The notes: generated by a model from the letters alone, not told the origin. DNA of 64,000 nucleotides from Bacteroidales bacterium UBA5219 (GCA_002412425.1 DHVB01000062.1:1815-65814); one strand, 5' to 3'; counted from the stretch's first letter, positions 1 to 8,666 are shown. Numbers and translations are program-made.

Positions 1-1
1 T

Positions 2-970
2 ATTGACGAGCCTATCCCTGTTGTTGTAACCACATCCAAATTATTGAGTACAGGCGTTGATGTTCCAACTTGTAAAATCATTGTGCTTTTCCGAATGGTC
101 AACTCTATGACCGAGTTTAAACAAATTGTTGGTAGAGGTACAAGAGTAAGAGAAGACAAGGAAAAACTATTTTTCACCATTCTTGACTATACAGGAAGTG
201 CAACAAGAAACTTTGCCGACCCTGATTTTGATGGTGAACCACCATTAATCACCGAAGATGAAATTGATGATGATGGAAACATAATTGACGGTGATGAATT
301 GGTGCCAGATGATGCCGACACAGGTGATGAAGATTGGGAAGATGAAGACAATGAAGATGATGAGCCACCAACAGGCGGTGAAACAGGTGGTGAACCAAGA
401 AGAAAATACTACATCAGCGAAGGCGAAGTAAGTATTGCAGCGGAGAGTGTTCAAATATTAGACGCGAATGGAAAACTTCGCACTATTCAATTTACACAAT
501 ACGCAAAGGAGCAGATCACTACTCTCTTCCCATCAATAAATGAGTTTAAATCAAAATGGAACAATCTTGAAGAACGTAAACACATTCTTGAAGAGCTTGA
601 AAATAATGGTGTATCAGTAGACCAACTAATGGAGATAACCAGAAACAAAGACGCTGACCCATTTGACTTACTCTGCTTTGTTGCTTTCGATTTGAAACCG
701 CTTACTCGTAAACAACGAGCAGATTTACTGAAAAAGAACAAACCTGACTTGTTTCAAGACCTAAGCGAGAAAGCAAAAGATGTTTTGAACCTTATTTTGG
801 AAAAATATGTGGAATATGGGCCAAATCAATTGAGACCTGATATTATTTCAGTTGACCCAATATCAGAAAAAGGGAACGCTTACGAAATCGTGAATGAATT
901 TGGCGGAATTGACCAATTCAAAAAAATAATAGAAGAAATACAAACCCTGCTTTATGCAGATGCAGCTTAA
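2..970 (+). CDS. hsdR: Type I restriction endonuclease R subunit (HsdR), C-terminal part; 5' end outside window
   Basis: The frame of the 44..970 ORF stays open to the window edge. It has helicase C-terminal motifs (TSKLLSTGVDVP, QIVGRGTRV), then an acidic linker and an EcoEI-type R C-terminal region. Its stop lies 9 nt before the hsdM start. Confidence 0.9.
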   Translation: MDEPIPVVVTTSKLLSTGVDVPTCKIIVLFRMVNSMTEFKQIVGRGTRVREDKEKLFFTILDYTGSATRNFADPDFDGEPPLITEDEIDDDGNIIDGDELVPDDADTGDEDWEDEDNEDDEPPTGGETGGEPRRKYYISEGEVSIAAESVQILDANGKLRTIQFTQYAKEQITTLFPSINEFKSKWNNLEERKHILEELENNGVSVDQLMEITRNKDADPFDLLCFVAFDLKPLTRKQRADLLKKNKPDLFQDLSEKAKDVLNLILEKYVEYGPNQLRPDIISVDPISEKGNAYEIVNEFGGIDQFKKIIEEIQTLLYADAA

Positions 971-979
971 AAGTAAATT

Positions 980-3121
980 ATGGCAAAGACCAAAAAGACA
1001 AAATCAGTAAAACAAGAAACACCAGCTCAAAGGCTATCAGGTATTATCAAAAGTTGTCGCCAAATCATGCGAAAAGACAAAGGCATGAACGGAGATGCGG
1101 ACAGACTACCAATGTTGACTTGGATAATGTTCTTAAAGTTCTTGGATGACAATGAGCAAATGCAAGAAGTAAATGCACAGCTTGAAGGTAAGAAATATAA
1201 ACCTGCAATAGAATCCCCTTATAGATGGCGCGATTGGGCAAAAGATACCAATCTAACAGGTGACGACCTGCTTAATTTCATCAGTAATGAGAAAGTTACT
1301 CTCTCTGACGGTAAAGAAAGAACAGGTTTATTTTACTATTTAAGGAGCTTACAAAGCGAAAGTGGAACGGAACGCAAAGACGTCATTGCAACGGCATTTA
1401 AAGGAATTAGCAACCGCATGATAAATGGGTACTTGCTAAGAGATGTAGTAAATAAAATTGACGGCATTCATTTCACAAATAACGAAGAAATAAATACGCT
1501 TTCGCACTTGTACGAAAGCATCTTGAAGGAAATGAGAGATGCAAGCGGTGATGCAGGTGAATTTTATACACCAAGACCAGTGGTGCGTTTCATGGTTGAA
1601 ATGCTAGCCCCTAAAATTGGTGAAACTGTTTTAGACCCCGCTTCAGGTACAGGTGGGTTCTTAGTTGAAGCCTTTGACTATTTGAAAAAACAGGCTAAAA
1701 CCGTAGAACAGAGACAAACATTACAAAGGAATTCCATTGTTGGAGGTGAACCAAAGTCATTACCCTTTCTGCTTTGTCAAATGAACTTGCTTTTGCATGG
1801 TCTTGAGTATCCAAATATTGATAGCGGTAACAGCCTTCGGTTTCCATTAAAAGACATTGGCGATTCTGAACGTGTAGATGTTATTCTTACCAATCCACCA
1901 TTCGGGGGTGAAGAAGAGAGAGGGATTCTAAACAATTTCCCGAATGATAAGCGAACAGCAGAAACTGCCTTGCTCTTTTTGCAATTGATAATGCGAAAGT
2001 TGAAAAGGAAAAAACCAAATTCAGATGGTGGTCGAGCCGCAGTAGTTGTTCCAAACTCAACTTTGGCAGGAAACGGCATCACAGGCAGAATTTTAAAACA
2101 GCTTATTTCTGATTTCAACCTACATACCGTTGTTCGTCTTGGAGAAGGCGTTTTCGCACCATACACTGACATTCCTTCAAATTTAATTTTCTTCGATACA
2201 ACTAAAAAAACTGATACTGTTTGGTTTTATGAAGTACCAATTCCAAAGGGGAAAAAGAAATACAGTAAATCAAAACCACTTAAATCAGATGAACTAGAAA
2301 AAGTTAAAAAATGGTGGAACAAAAGAGAAGAAAGTGAGAACTCATGGAGTGTCAAGGTTGCCGAATTAGTTCAATCCGAAGATGAAAAAATTGACTTAGA
2401 CCTTAGGAATCCGAATAAAGTAGACCCTTATGAAAATTTGGATGCTAATCTTCTAATCACAAAAGTTAGAGAAGCCATCACGCAAAATCTTGCCTTAATT
2501 ACTCAAATACAAAATGAAATTAGTAATTCTTTGACTGTTAAAACTGTTAGCTTATCTACAGCAATAGAAGAAAGCACTGATTCTGTAGAAGTGAATCCCA
2601 CCGTAATGTATAATTTTGCAGGTGTTTACGGATTTGGGAAAGGACTTTTTAAGCGAGAACCACTTTCAGGTAGCAATACTTCATACAAATCATTTCACAG
2701 GCTACACAAAGATGAAATTGTCATTAGTAAAGTAAAGGGATGGGAAGGCGCTATTGCATTGATTACAGAGGAATTTGATGGATTGTATCTATCTTCTCAA
2801 TATCCGACTTTTAAGGCTAAAGAAGGAGTCAACATTAAATACATAGCTGAGTATTGCAAACACCCTAGAGTTTGGCAGGAACTGCTAGATAAATCAAAAG
2901 GCATAGGTGCAAGAAGAAATTCAATTTCAGTTGACACTTTTTTATCGTTGAAAATCCCGTTACCAGAGTTGGAAGAGCAAGACAAAATTGTAGATGCACT
3001 TGAGAAACTTTCAGAATTGAAGAGAAAGCAATCAGAGCTGAACAAATCACTTGAATTGCTCACGCCAGCAATTTTGGAAACAGCTTTCAATTCTAAACCA
3101 GTTGAAGAAGTAGAAGTATGA
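980..3121 (+). CDS. hsdM: Type I N6-adenine DNA methyltransferase (HsdM) fused to one HsdS-type target recognition domain
   Basis: HsdM N-terminal region (LPMLTWIMFLKFLDD), AdoMet motif DPASGTGGFL and catalytic motif NPPFGG. Residues ~540-713 look like one HsdS TRD plus the conserved helix (LPLPELEEQDKIVDALEKL). There is no stand-alone hsdS in the window. Confidence 0.85.
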   Translation: MAKTKKTKSVKQETPAQRLSGIIKSCRQIMRKDKGMNGDADRLPMLTWIMFLKFLDDNEQMQEVNAQLEGKKYKPAIESPYRWRDWAKDTNLTGDDLLNFISNEKVTLSDGKERTGLFYYLRSLQSESGTERKDVIATAFKGISNRMINGYLLRDVVNKIDGIHFTNNEEINTLSHLYESILKEMRDASGDAGEFYTPRPVVRFMVEMLAPKIGETVLDPASGTGGFLVEAFDYLKKQAKTVEQRQTLQRNSIVGGEPKSLPFLLCQMNLLLHGLEYPNIDSGNSLRFPLKDIGDSERVDVILTNPPFGGEEERGILNNFPNDKRTAETALLFLQLIMRKLKRKKPNSDGGRAAVVVPNSTLAGNGITGRILKQLISDFNLHTVVRLGEGVFAPYTDIPSNLIFFDTTKKTDTVWFYEVPIPKGKKKYSKSKPLKSDELEKVKKWWNKREESENSWSVKVAELVQSEDEKIDLDLRNPNKVDPYENLDANLLITKVREAITQNLALITQIQNEISNSLTVKTVSLSTAIEESTDSVEVNPTVMYNFAGVYGFGKGLFKREPLSGSNTSYKSFHRLHKDEIVISKVKGWEGAIALITEEFDGLYLSSQYPTFKAKEGVNIKYIAEYCKHPRVWQELLDKSKGIGARRNSISVDTFLSLKIPLPELEEQDKIVDALEKLSELKRKQSELNKSLELLTPAILETAFNSKPVEEVEV

Positions 3122-3678
3122 AACCCAAACCATTAACAGCAATTCTATTATTCATAAGTGCTTACTCGCCTTTGTTTTTGATATTGGCAGTAAAGGATTT
3201 TGATTTCTATTGCAGTTACAGTTTTGGGCATCCAGTAGCCATTTCAATCCTTCTTGGCTTATCAGCATTGAGTGTAATACTGCTATTCGTAACTATAGGC
3301 TCAATTAAAAGAGGAAATATGCCTGTTACTGTGAAAGCAGTTAAAAACCGTTCGGTTGATTTAATTAACTACACAATCCCTTACATCGTTTCATTTTTTG
3401 GTTTTGACCTTGCGAAGGTTGAAGACATTATTTCGCTTTCAATATTCCTTTTGTTGCTTTTGCTTCTCACAATAAAAAGCAAGTCTGTATTCATGAACCC
3501 AATCCTACTTTTAGCAGGCTATAATCTTTACGATTTGGAATATGAATATGATGGCAAGCCAACTTCAACAATCGTAATTAGCAAGCATGAAATGAAAGCA
3601 GGAGAAAGATTTTACATAAGGAGCTTAACCCGCTTCTTGTACTTTGTAACAGAAAAAGAGACCACAAATGCCCAATAG
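3118..3678 (+). CDS. Small ~4-TM membrane protein, KwaA-like (candidate Kiwa component)
   Basis: ATGA start/stop overlap with hsdM. Four hydrophobic helices by eye (res ~6-25, 38-60, 82-96, 103-119) plus a soluble tail. The CDS call is strong; the Kiwa assignment rests only on architecture and gene pairing. Confidence 0.6.
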   Translation: MKPKPLTAILLFISAYSPLFLILAVKDFDFYCSYSFGHPVAISILLGLSALSVILLFVTIGSIKRGNMPVTVKAVKNRSVDLINYTIPYIVSFFGFDLAKVEDIISLSIFLLLLLLLTIKSKSVFMNPILLLAGYNLYDLEYEYDGKPTSTIVISKHEMKAGERFYIRSLTRFLYFVTEKETTNAQ

Positions 3679-4624
3679 ACAAAGACAAACGCTAAGACAA
3701 TTAAAAGACCTTGATTTAAGAGGGGCTAATGTGACATTGGCTGTTGTAAAAGAATACAAAAGAGACAGAGTTTCTCAGTACACGGTCAAATACGTTCCAA
3801 TTGACCAAAGACTTGAAACCAGACTAAGAAATATCGTTGTAAACCACATCAACAATTCAAACACAGTTGAAGAATACACCTATGATTGTCCTGAACCCGA
3901 AGAAGACCAGGTAAGGGCTATCAGTTATGAAGAAACTGACTTTTACAGAATATTTGAGCAGCTCGAAGATTTAAACCCAGAGGAAGATATTATTGAGGAT
4001 GTAGAAGAACTTGTAAAGTCCAAAGCCTACATGATAATTCTTCGGAATGCAGAAGGCATTCAAGTTGTCGGTTTCAAAACCCTGCCTGAGAATTGGAGAA
4101 TGAAACGAAACAAAGGTTTGATTCCCCTTTTGTACAACGAAAACCGATTTGAAGATTTAGAACAGGACAACGTTTTCAGTATTTCAAGCATTGTCGACCT
4201 TTTCTATTTTAATGAGTTTCTGTTCATTCTTTCCAAGAAAGATTTTGAAAGAGGCTTGAACTTCCGTGAAGGCATGATTAACAATGCGAACGAACTATAT
4301 CAGGAAGTTACTCAGTTGAACATTTTCGTGAATATGGAAATTCTGACTGACCGAGTTGGAAACAATCAGCGCTACTTAAGGAAAATTGCGACAATCAGAA
4401 ATTTAGGCCATTATAGAAATCCTGTTTACTTGCAGAGATTACAGCAACTAATTGTAACTAAAGGATGGAACATCCAATTTGAAGAAGAACAAATTGTAAT
4501 AACGGACGAGACACTTGACGATATTTTGACTTTGCTTCAAAACAAACGGCTTCATTCAGAATTAACCGAAGAAGATTTTGATGTGGAAAGTACAAAACCA
4601 GTAAACCCCAACGCAAACTTGTAA
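3668..4624 (+). CDS. 318-aa soluble protein, KwaB/DUF4868-like (candidate Kiwa component)
   Basis: 11-nt overlap with the upstream membrane-protein gene. Its size (~315 aa) and its pairing with a small multi-TM protein fit Kiwa. The central region VFSISSIVDLFYFNEFLFILSKKDFERGLNF resembles my recollection of DUF4868; this is not verified by a search. Confidence 0.55.
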   Translation: MPNRQRQTLRQLKDLDLRGANVTLAVVKEYKRDRVSQYTVKYVPIDQRLETRLRNIVVNHINNSNTVEEYTYDCPEPEEDQVRAISYEETDFYRIFEQLEDLNPEEDIIEDVEELVKSKAYMIILRNAEGIQVVGFKTLPENWRMKRNKGLIPLLYNENRFEDLEQDNVFSISSIVDLFYFNEFLFILSKKDFERGLNFREGMINNANELYQEVTQLNIFVNMEILTDRVGNNQRYLRKIATIRNLGHYRNPVYLQRLQQLIVTKGWNIQFEEEQIVITDETLDDILTLLQNKRLHSELTEEDFDVESTKPVNPNANL

Positions 4625-4779
4625 GCACATTTGCAGGTCACACAAAGCCACCGCTCGACCAAAACCTGTAAAAGAGCTTCCAAGTCCCTGCCCGATAAAA
4701 GAGAAATTTTAAGAATGCCCCAATACAAGGAAGATATGAGAATTACCATTGAAATATCGAGAGATGAAGAAGCACGATT

Positions 4780-4913
4780 GCCTAACAGCGTGTATGTGGC
4801 AATAGCGGGTGAAGAGGTAAATCGAAGGTCTATGCTTCTAAGAAACTTTGTGCAAAACGGACAGGAAAGTGCTTCTAATCCGCTACTGCACATACACGCA
4901 AAACGTTACCAGC
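4780..4913 (+). repeat. attC-like imperfect palindrome 0
   Basis: Left box GCCTAAC (4780-4786, fits RYYYAAC). The stem 4788-4808 pairs with 4880-4899 (20 bp, one bulged G4799, one A4802/C4886 mismatch). The loop is ~71 nt. Right box G4905|TTACCAGC. Confidence 0.65.
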
Positions 4914-4933
4914 AATTAGAGTGAAAACAAATT

Positions 4934-5851
4934 ATGAAAGAATATTTCAACTTACAAATAAAATTAATCGGTCGCAAATTTCGAGAAATAGGATTGCATC
5001 CGATTTTAGCTATAATTTTGTTAATGGTAGCTTTAATCGCGTTATCAATTTATGCTTATAAAAAAACGGAATTTGCTCCTTATATTCTTTCATTTCTTGC
5101 ATTATCTTTTATAATGAAATTGTCAGAAGTAAAACGAAATGAATTCCTTAAAACTATTTTTAAATCTAATGAACATATCAAAATCAGGATAATTGAAAAT
5201 TTAATTTTAACTATTCCATTTTTAATCATTCTATTGTTTTTTTATTCTTATTTTGAAGCATCTCTATTACTCTTGATTTCTATAATTTTCGCTATTAAAA
5301 GTATGAAGTCAGATTATAAATTTACGATACCTACACCCTATTTTAAAAAACCTTTTGAATTCACTATTGGATTTAGAAAAACTTTCTATTTAATTCCATT
5401 GGCATATATTCTTACAGTAATTTCAATTTCCGTAAACAATTTTAATTTAGGAATCTTTTCATTTTTACTCGTTTTCGTTGTTTATTTCTCCTATTATTTC
5501 AAACCAGAAGAGGAATATTTTGTTTGGTCATTCGATGCTAATCCAAAATCATTTTTGTTGTATAAAATTAAAACAGCATTAATGCAATCAACCTACTTCG
5601 TTTTGCCAATTGCTTTAACACTTTCCTATTTTTATCTTTCGGAAATCCTACTCGTTTTACTATTTCTAATTATTGGATACACTTTTCTTATATTTTTTAT
5701 CGTGGCTAAATATTCCACATATCCAGATGAAATAGGAATCGTTCAAGGAATCATTTTAGCACTTAGCATTTTCTTTCCTCCAATATTGTTAATGATTATT
5801 CCGTTATTATTTAACCAGTCTCAAAAACGTTTAAATTACTTGTTACAATGA
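4934..5851 (+). CDS. Polytopic membrane protein, probable permease partner of the downstream ABC ATPase
   Basis: 305 aa, very hydrophobic (about 8 helices by eye). ATGA overlap with the ATPase gene at 5848-5851. Confidence 0.7.
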   Translation: MKEYFNLQIKLIGRKFREIGLHPILAIILLMVALIALSIYAYKKTEFAPYILSFLALSFIMKLSEVKRNEFLKTIFKSNEHIKIRIIENLILTIPFLIILLFFYSYFEASLLLLISIIFAIKSMKSDYKFTIPTPYFKKPFEFTIGFRKTFYLIPLAYILTVISISVNNFNLGIFSFLLVFVVYFSYYFKPEEEYFVWSFDANPKSFLLYKIKTALMQSTYFVLPIALTLSYFYLSEILLVLLFLIIGYTFLIFFIVAKYSTYPDEIGIVQGIILALSIFFPPILLMIIPLLFNQSQKRLNYLLQ

Positions 5852-6528
5852 TTGAAATAAAAGATTTAACAAAAAAGTATGGCGATAAAATAGTTTTAAA
5901 AAATATTAACTTGCAATTTAACAAAGGCAAAGTGTATGGAATCGTTGGCGAAAATGGAGCAGGTAAAACGACATTATTTAGATGTATTTCGGGGTTAGAA
6001 AAATACGATGGAGAAATAAAATCGGAACTTAATCCGTTAAAAAATTATATTGGTTTATTGCTTACGAATCCGTATTTCTTTACAAGAATTACTGGACGAG
6101 AGTATTTGCAATTACTATGCAATGCAAGAAAGATTAAAATTGAAGATTTTGAAAAACAAAATATTTTTAATTTGCCATTAAATCAATATGCTTCTACCTA
6201 TTCGACAGGTATGAAAAAGAAATTGGCTATTACTGCCATTTTATTACAAAAAAATAAAGTTTTTATTCTTGATGAACCCTATAATGGCGTCGATATTCAA
6301 AGTAATTTAATAATTACTGAGCTCATTTTAGAATTGAAAAAGTTGAATAAAACTTTAATAATATCATCACATATTTTCTCTACATTGAATGATACTTGTG
6401 ATGAAATTCACTTATTAGAGAAAGGTGAATTAATTAAAACGGTGCAAAAGGAAGATTTTAAAAAATTAGAAGAAGAAATGAAAACAACAGCAATAGGAAA
6501 TAAGGTAAAAAAAATGAACTTAAAATAA
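5848..6528 (+). CDS. ABC transporter ATP-binding protein
   Basis: Walker A GENGAGKTT, signature-like YSTGMKKKL, Walker B VFILDEP. Confidence 0.9.
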   Translation: MIEIKDLTKKYGDKIVLKNINLQFNKGKVYGIVGENGAGKTTLFRCISGLEKYDGEIKSELNPLKNYIGLLLTNPYFFTRITGREYLQLLCNARKIKIEDFEKQNIFNLPLNQYASTYSTGMKKKLAITAILLQKNKVFILDEPYNGVDIQSNLIITELILELKKLNKTLIISSHIFSTLNDTCDEIHLLEKGELIKTVQKEDFKKLEEEMKTTAIGNKVKKMNLK

Positions 6529-6532
6529 AAAA

Positions 6533-6670
6533 GCTGGTAACAAGTCGTTTTACGTCAGGCGGGTTAATCACTTCGTTTCAAAGTTTTTCGTATATTTGAA
6601 CTTTGGTGCTTCGGTTCAAAATTTATGGTAAAGAACCCGCCCGAACGCAAAGCGCCGAAGCGTTCTCGGC
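6533..6670 (+). repeat. attC-like imperfect palindrome 1
   Basis: Left box GCTGGTAAC (6533-6541) begins 5 nt after the ABC stop. The inner clamp 6558-6565 pairs with 6634-6641, with an A6557/C6642 mismatch. The stem extends with a bulge to about 6544/6656. The loop is ~68 nt. Right box G6662|TTCTCGGC. Confidence 0.6.
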
Positions 6671-6695
6671 AATTTATAAACAAAAAACAAATACT

Positions 6696-8654
6696 ATGAA
6701 AAAAACACTGTTATTTGGATTAAGCATGTTAATATGCTTATTAAGTATTTCACAAGAATTACCTCAGTATGCACCTGGACAAATAATAGTTAAGGTCAAG
6801 GGCGATTTGTCTAAAACTTGTGAAAATATTGTCAACCAAGTCCCCACAAAATCAGGGAATGAATTGATTGTAAAAGATTCAATTCTTCAAAAATTCGGTA
6901 TATATAAAATAGAATCCTTGCATTATTTTGATGAGTCTAAAAAAACTTTGTTGAAAAGTGGATCGGAAAAAACATTTGTTTTCTATACCAATGAGACAGA
7001 TTTACCTCAACTAATTGAAAATATTAAAAAAACACCTGATGTAGAAGATGCTTATTTTAACTTTTTATTTATTTCTCATGTTGAACCTGATGATGACAAA
7101 TATGATGATCAATGGTCATTGCCCAAAATAAGTATGCCAGAAGCATGGGATATTCAGAAAGGATGTACAGATTTAAAAATTGCCATACTTGACGTGGGTT
7201 TTAGAGATTTGGAACATAATGATGTAGATGATAAATTTCTGTCAACAAGAAGAGATGAAACAGATATTGATGTCAGTTCATATACAAATAATGGATATTC
7301 AACTGTATCAGGAGAGGATTATACAACACCTGATGATAATCCAGAGGGAGAAAGTTTTCATGGCTTACAGGTTTCAGGTGTTGCTGCTGCAGAAACTAAC
7401 AATAATAAAGGTATAGCCGGAGTTGGATGGGATATTTATATTGTACCTGTCAGATGTGGTTTTACGATTAAGTATTTCGGACAGGAATATGGTCTATTTG
7501 AAATGGATGATATAATACGTGCAATTGATTGGGTAGTTGCAGGTAACAGAGCAAGAGTTATTAATATGAGTTTGGGAGGAATTGCTCCAACAGGAAATGC
7601 CCTTATTGAATATGAAAATTCATTGGAAGCTGCTTATAATAGCGGAATTGTTATTGTTGCATCAAGTGGTAACGACAACAATAATCAAGCTTCTTACCCT
7701 GCTTCATCTCAATTTACAATAGCCGTTGGCGCATCAAATGAGAATGATAATCGTGCAAGTTTTTCAAATTATGGACAAGATTTAGATATTATTGCTCCCG
7801 GAATAAATATTCTTACAGTAAATAGAAAACTAGTTAATCAATATAAAGAAGTTGATGGTACTTCATTCTCTGCTCCTATTGTATCAGGAATTACTGCACT
7901 TATTTTATCTCAAAATCCTGAATTAAATCCCGAACAAGTTAGAGATATATTAAATGAGAGTGCAGACGAGGTAAGTGGCATGAGTGGTCAAAACTTTCAT
8001 GTTGAATATGGTTTTGGTAGAGTAAATGCTAAAAAAGCATTAGAATTTGTGCCAGAAATAAAATATGATATTACTCTAAATAATGAAGTGATTACAGATT
8101 TACAAATTGTTCATGCACAAAACTCCATTACTGCTTCAAATTATTCAGTTGAACCAGGAGCAACGGTAATATTTAAAGCAGGAAATTCCATACATTTAAC
8201 AAATGGATTCCATGCTAAAGCAGGTTCAAATTTTCACGCCTATATTGATGACGTAGGCGTTTCCTGTTCTTCTAAATCATTAAAATCGGGGGAAACGGCA
8301 GGTAATGATACTATTACAAATGACGGAATAATTAAGGAAGAAGAAAATTTGAACAGTAACACTATACCGACCAACGTCATTACATCAGAATCCATGAATA
8401 TAATAGTATTTCCTAATCCTTTTTCAGACAAGGCAACAATACAATTTGAAATAGGAACGAATCCTCAAATAGTTAACATTTATATTAATGACTTGATTGG
8501 CAGAACAATAAAAACAATAGTCAAATCAAACAACAATCCCAATGGAAAATATTCAGTTGATTTTAATTTATCAGGATTTAAACAAGGGATATACTTTGTT
8601 ATTTTAGAAATTGATAAACAGAAATATACTCGTAAAATAATATACAAACACTAA
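6696..8654 (+). CDS. Secreted subtilisin-family (S8) serine peptidase with T9SS C-terminal sorting domain
   Basis: The start is placed at M32 of the 6603 ORF, where a signal peptide begins (MKKTLLFGLSMLICLLSISQ). Catalytic motifs are AILDVGF (D), HGLQVSGVAAA (H) and GTSFSAPIVSG (S). The C-terminus (VFPNPFSDKATIQFE...GIYFVILEI) is typical of a Por/T9SS sorting domain. Confidence 0.9.
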   Translation: MKKTLLFGLSMLICLLSISQELPQYAPGQIIVKVKGDLSKTCENIVNQVPTKSGNELIVKDSILQKFGIYKIESLHYFDESKKTLLKSGSEKTFVFYTNETDLPQLIENIKKTPDVEDAYFNFLFISHVEPDDDKYDDQWSLPKISMPEAWDIQKGCTDLKIAILDVGFRDLEHNDVDDKFLSTRRDETDIDVSSYTNNGYSTVSGEDYTTPDDNPEGESFHGLQVSGVAAAETNNNKGIAGVGWDIYIVPVRCGFTIKYFGQEYGLFEMDDIIRAIDWVVAGNRARVINMSLGGIAPTGNALIEYENSLEAAYNSGIVIVASSGNDNNNQASYPASSQFTIAVGASNENDNRASFSNYGQDLDIIAPGINILTVNRKLVNQYKEVDGTSFSAPIVSGITALILSQNPELNPEQVRDILNESADEVSGMSGQNFHVEYGFGRVNAKKALEFVPEIKYDITLNNEVITDLQIVHAQNSITASNYSVEPGATVIFKAGNSIHLTNGFHAKAGSNFHAYIDDVGVSCSSKSLKSGETAGNDTITNDGIIKEEENLNSNTIPTNVITSESMNIIVFPNPFSDKATIQFEIGTNPQIVNIYINDLIGRTIKTIVKSNNNPNGKYSVDFNLSGFKQGIYFVILEIDKQKYTRKIIYKH

Positions 8655-8666
8655 ATTGACCATTAT

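Noticed and set aside
245-741. Antisense and shadow ORFs inside long genes: 245..454, 487..741, 1777..2172, 2797..3090, 11570..11971, 15520..15903, 22288..22533, 23529..23855, 24329..24823, 25855..26328, 28693..29546, 39523..40917, 48101..48316, 50779..51066, 51599..51959, 53668..53871, 54545..54748, 57126..57323, 58533..58766, 61537..61758, 63743..63976 and similar
   Set aside because: Each lies fully inside a confidently identified gene on the other strand or in another frame. They have low-complexity or odd composition and no motifs.
4405-4412. TTTAGGCC inside the KwaB-like gene as the missing TTAGGC partner of site 0
   Set aside because: It is preceded by T rather than G, lies in the middle of a coding sequence, and has no adjacent palindrome. 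It is most likely a chance 6-mer match.
4631-4924. 97-aa ORF (TTG start; internal ATG at 4715) between the KwaB-like gene and the ABC cassette, plus the antisense ORF 4552..4893
   Set aside because: Its 3' two-thirds run through attC-like palindrome 0 (4780-4913). A palindrome automatically produces open frames on both strands. It has no recognisable motifs and a non-ATG start. I treat it as non-coding, although a short cassette-borne peptide gene in 4715-4780 cannot be excluded.
6603-6695. N-terminal extensions of listed ORFs: 6603 for the S8 peptidase, 28241 for rpsB, 30034 for miaB, 37667 for the trmH-like gene, and 55972 for rplJ
   Set aside because: The extensions run through an attC-like site (6603-6670), a terminator (30045-30076), or non-ATG starts. 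Internal ATGs give canonical N-termini (a signal peptide, MPKVTFEELL, MNKKIYIETYGCQMN).
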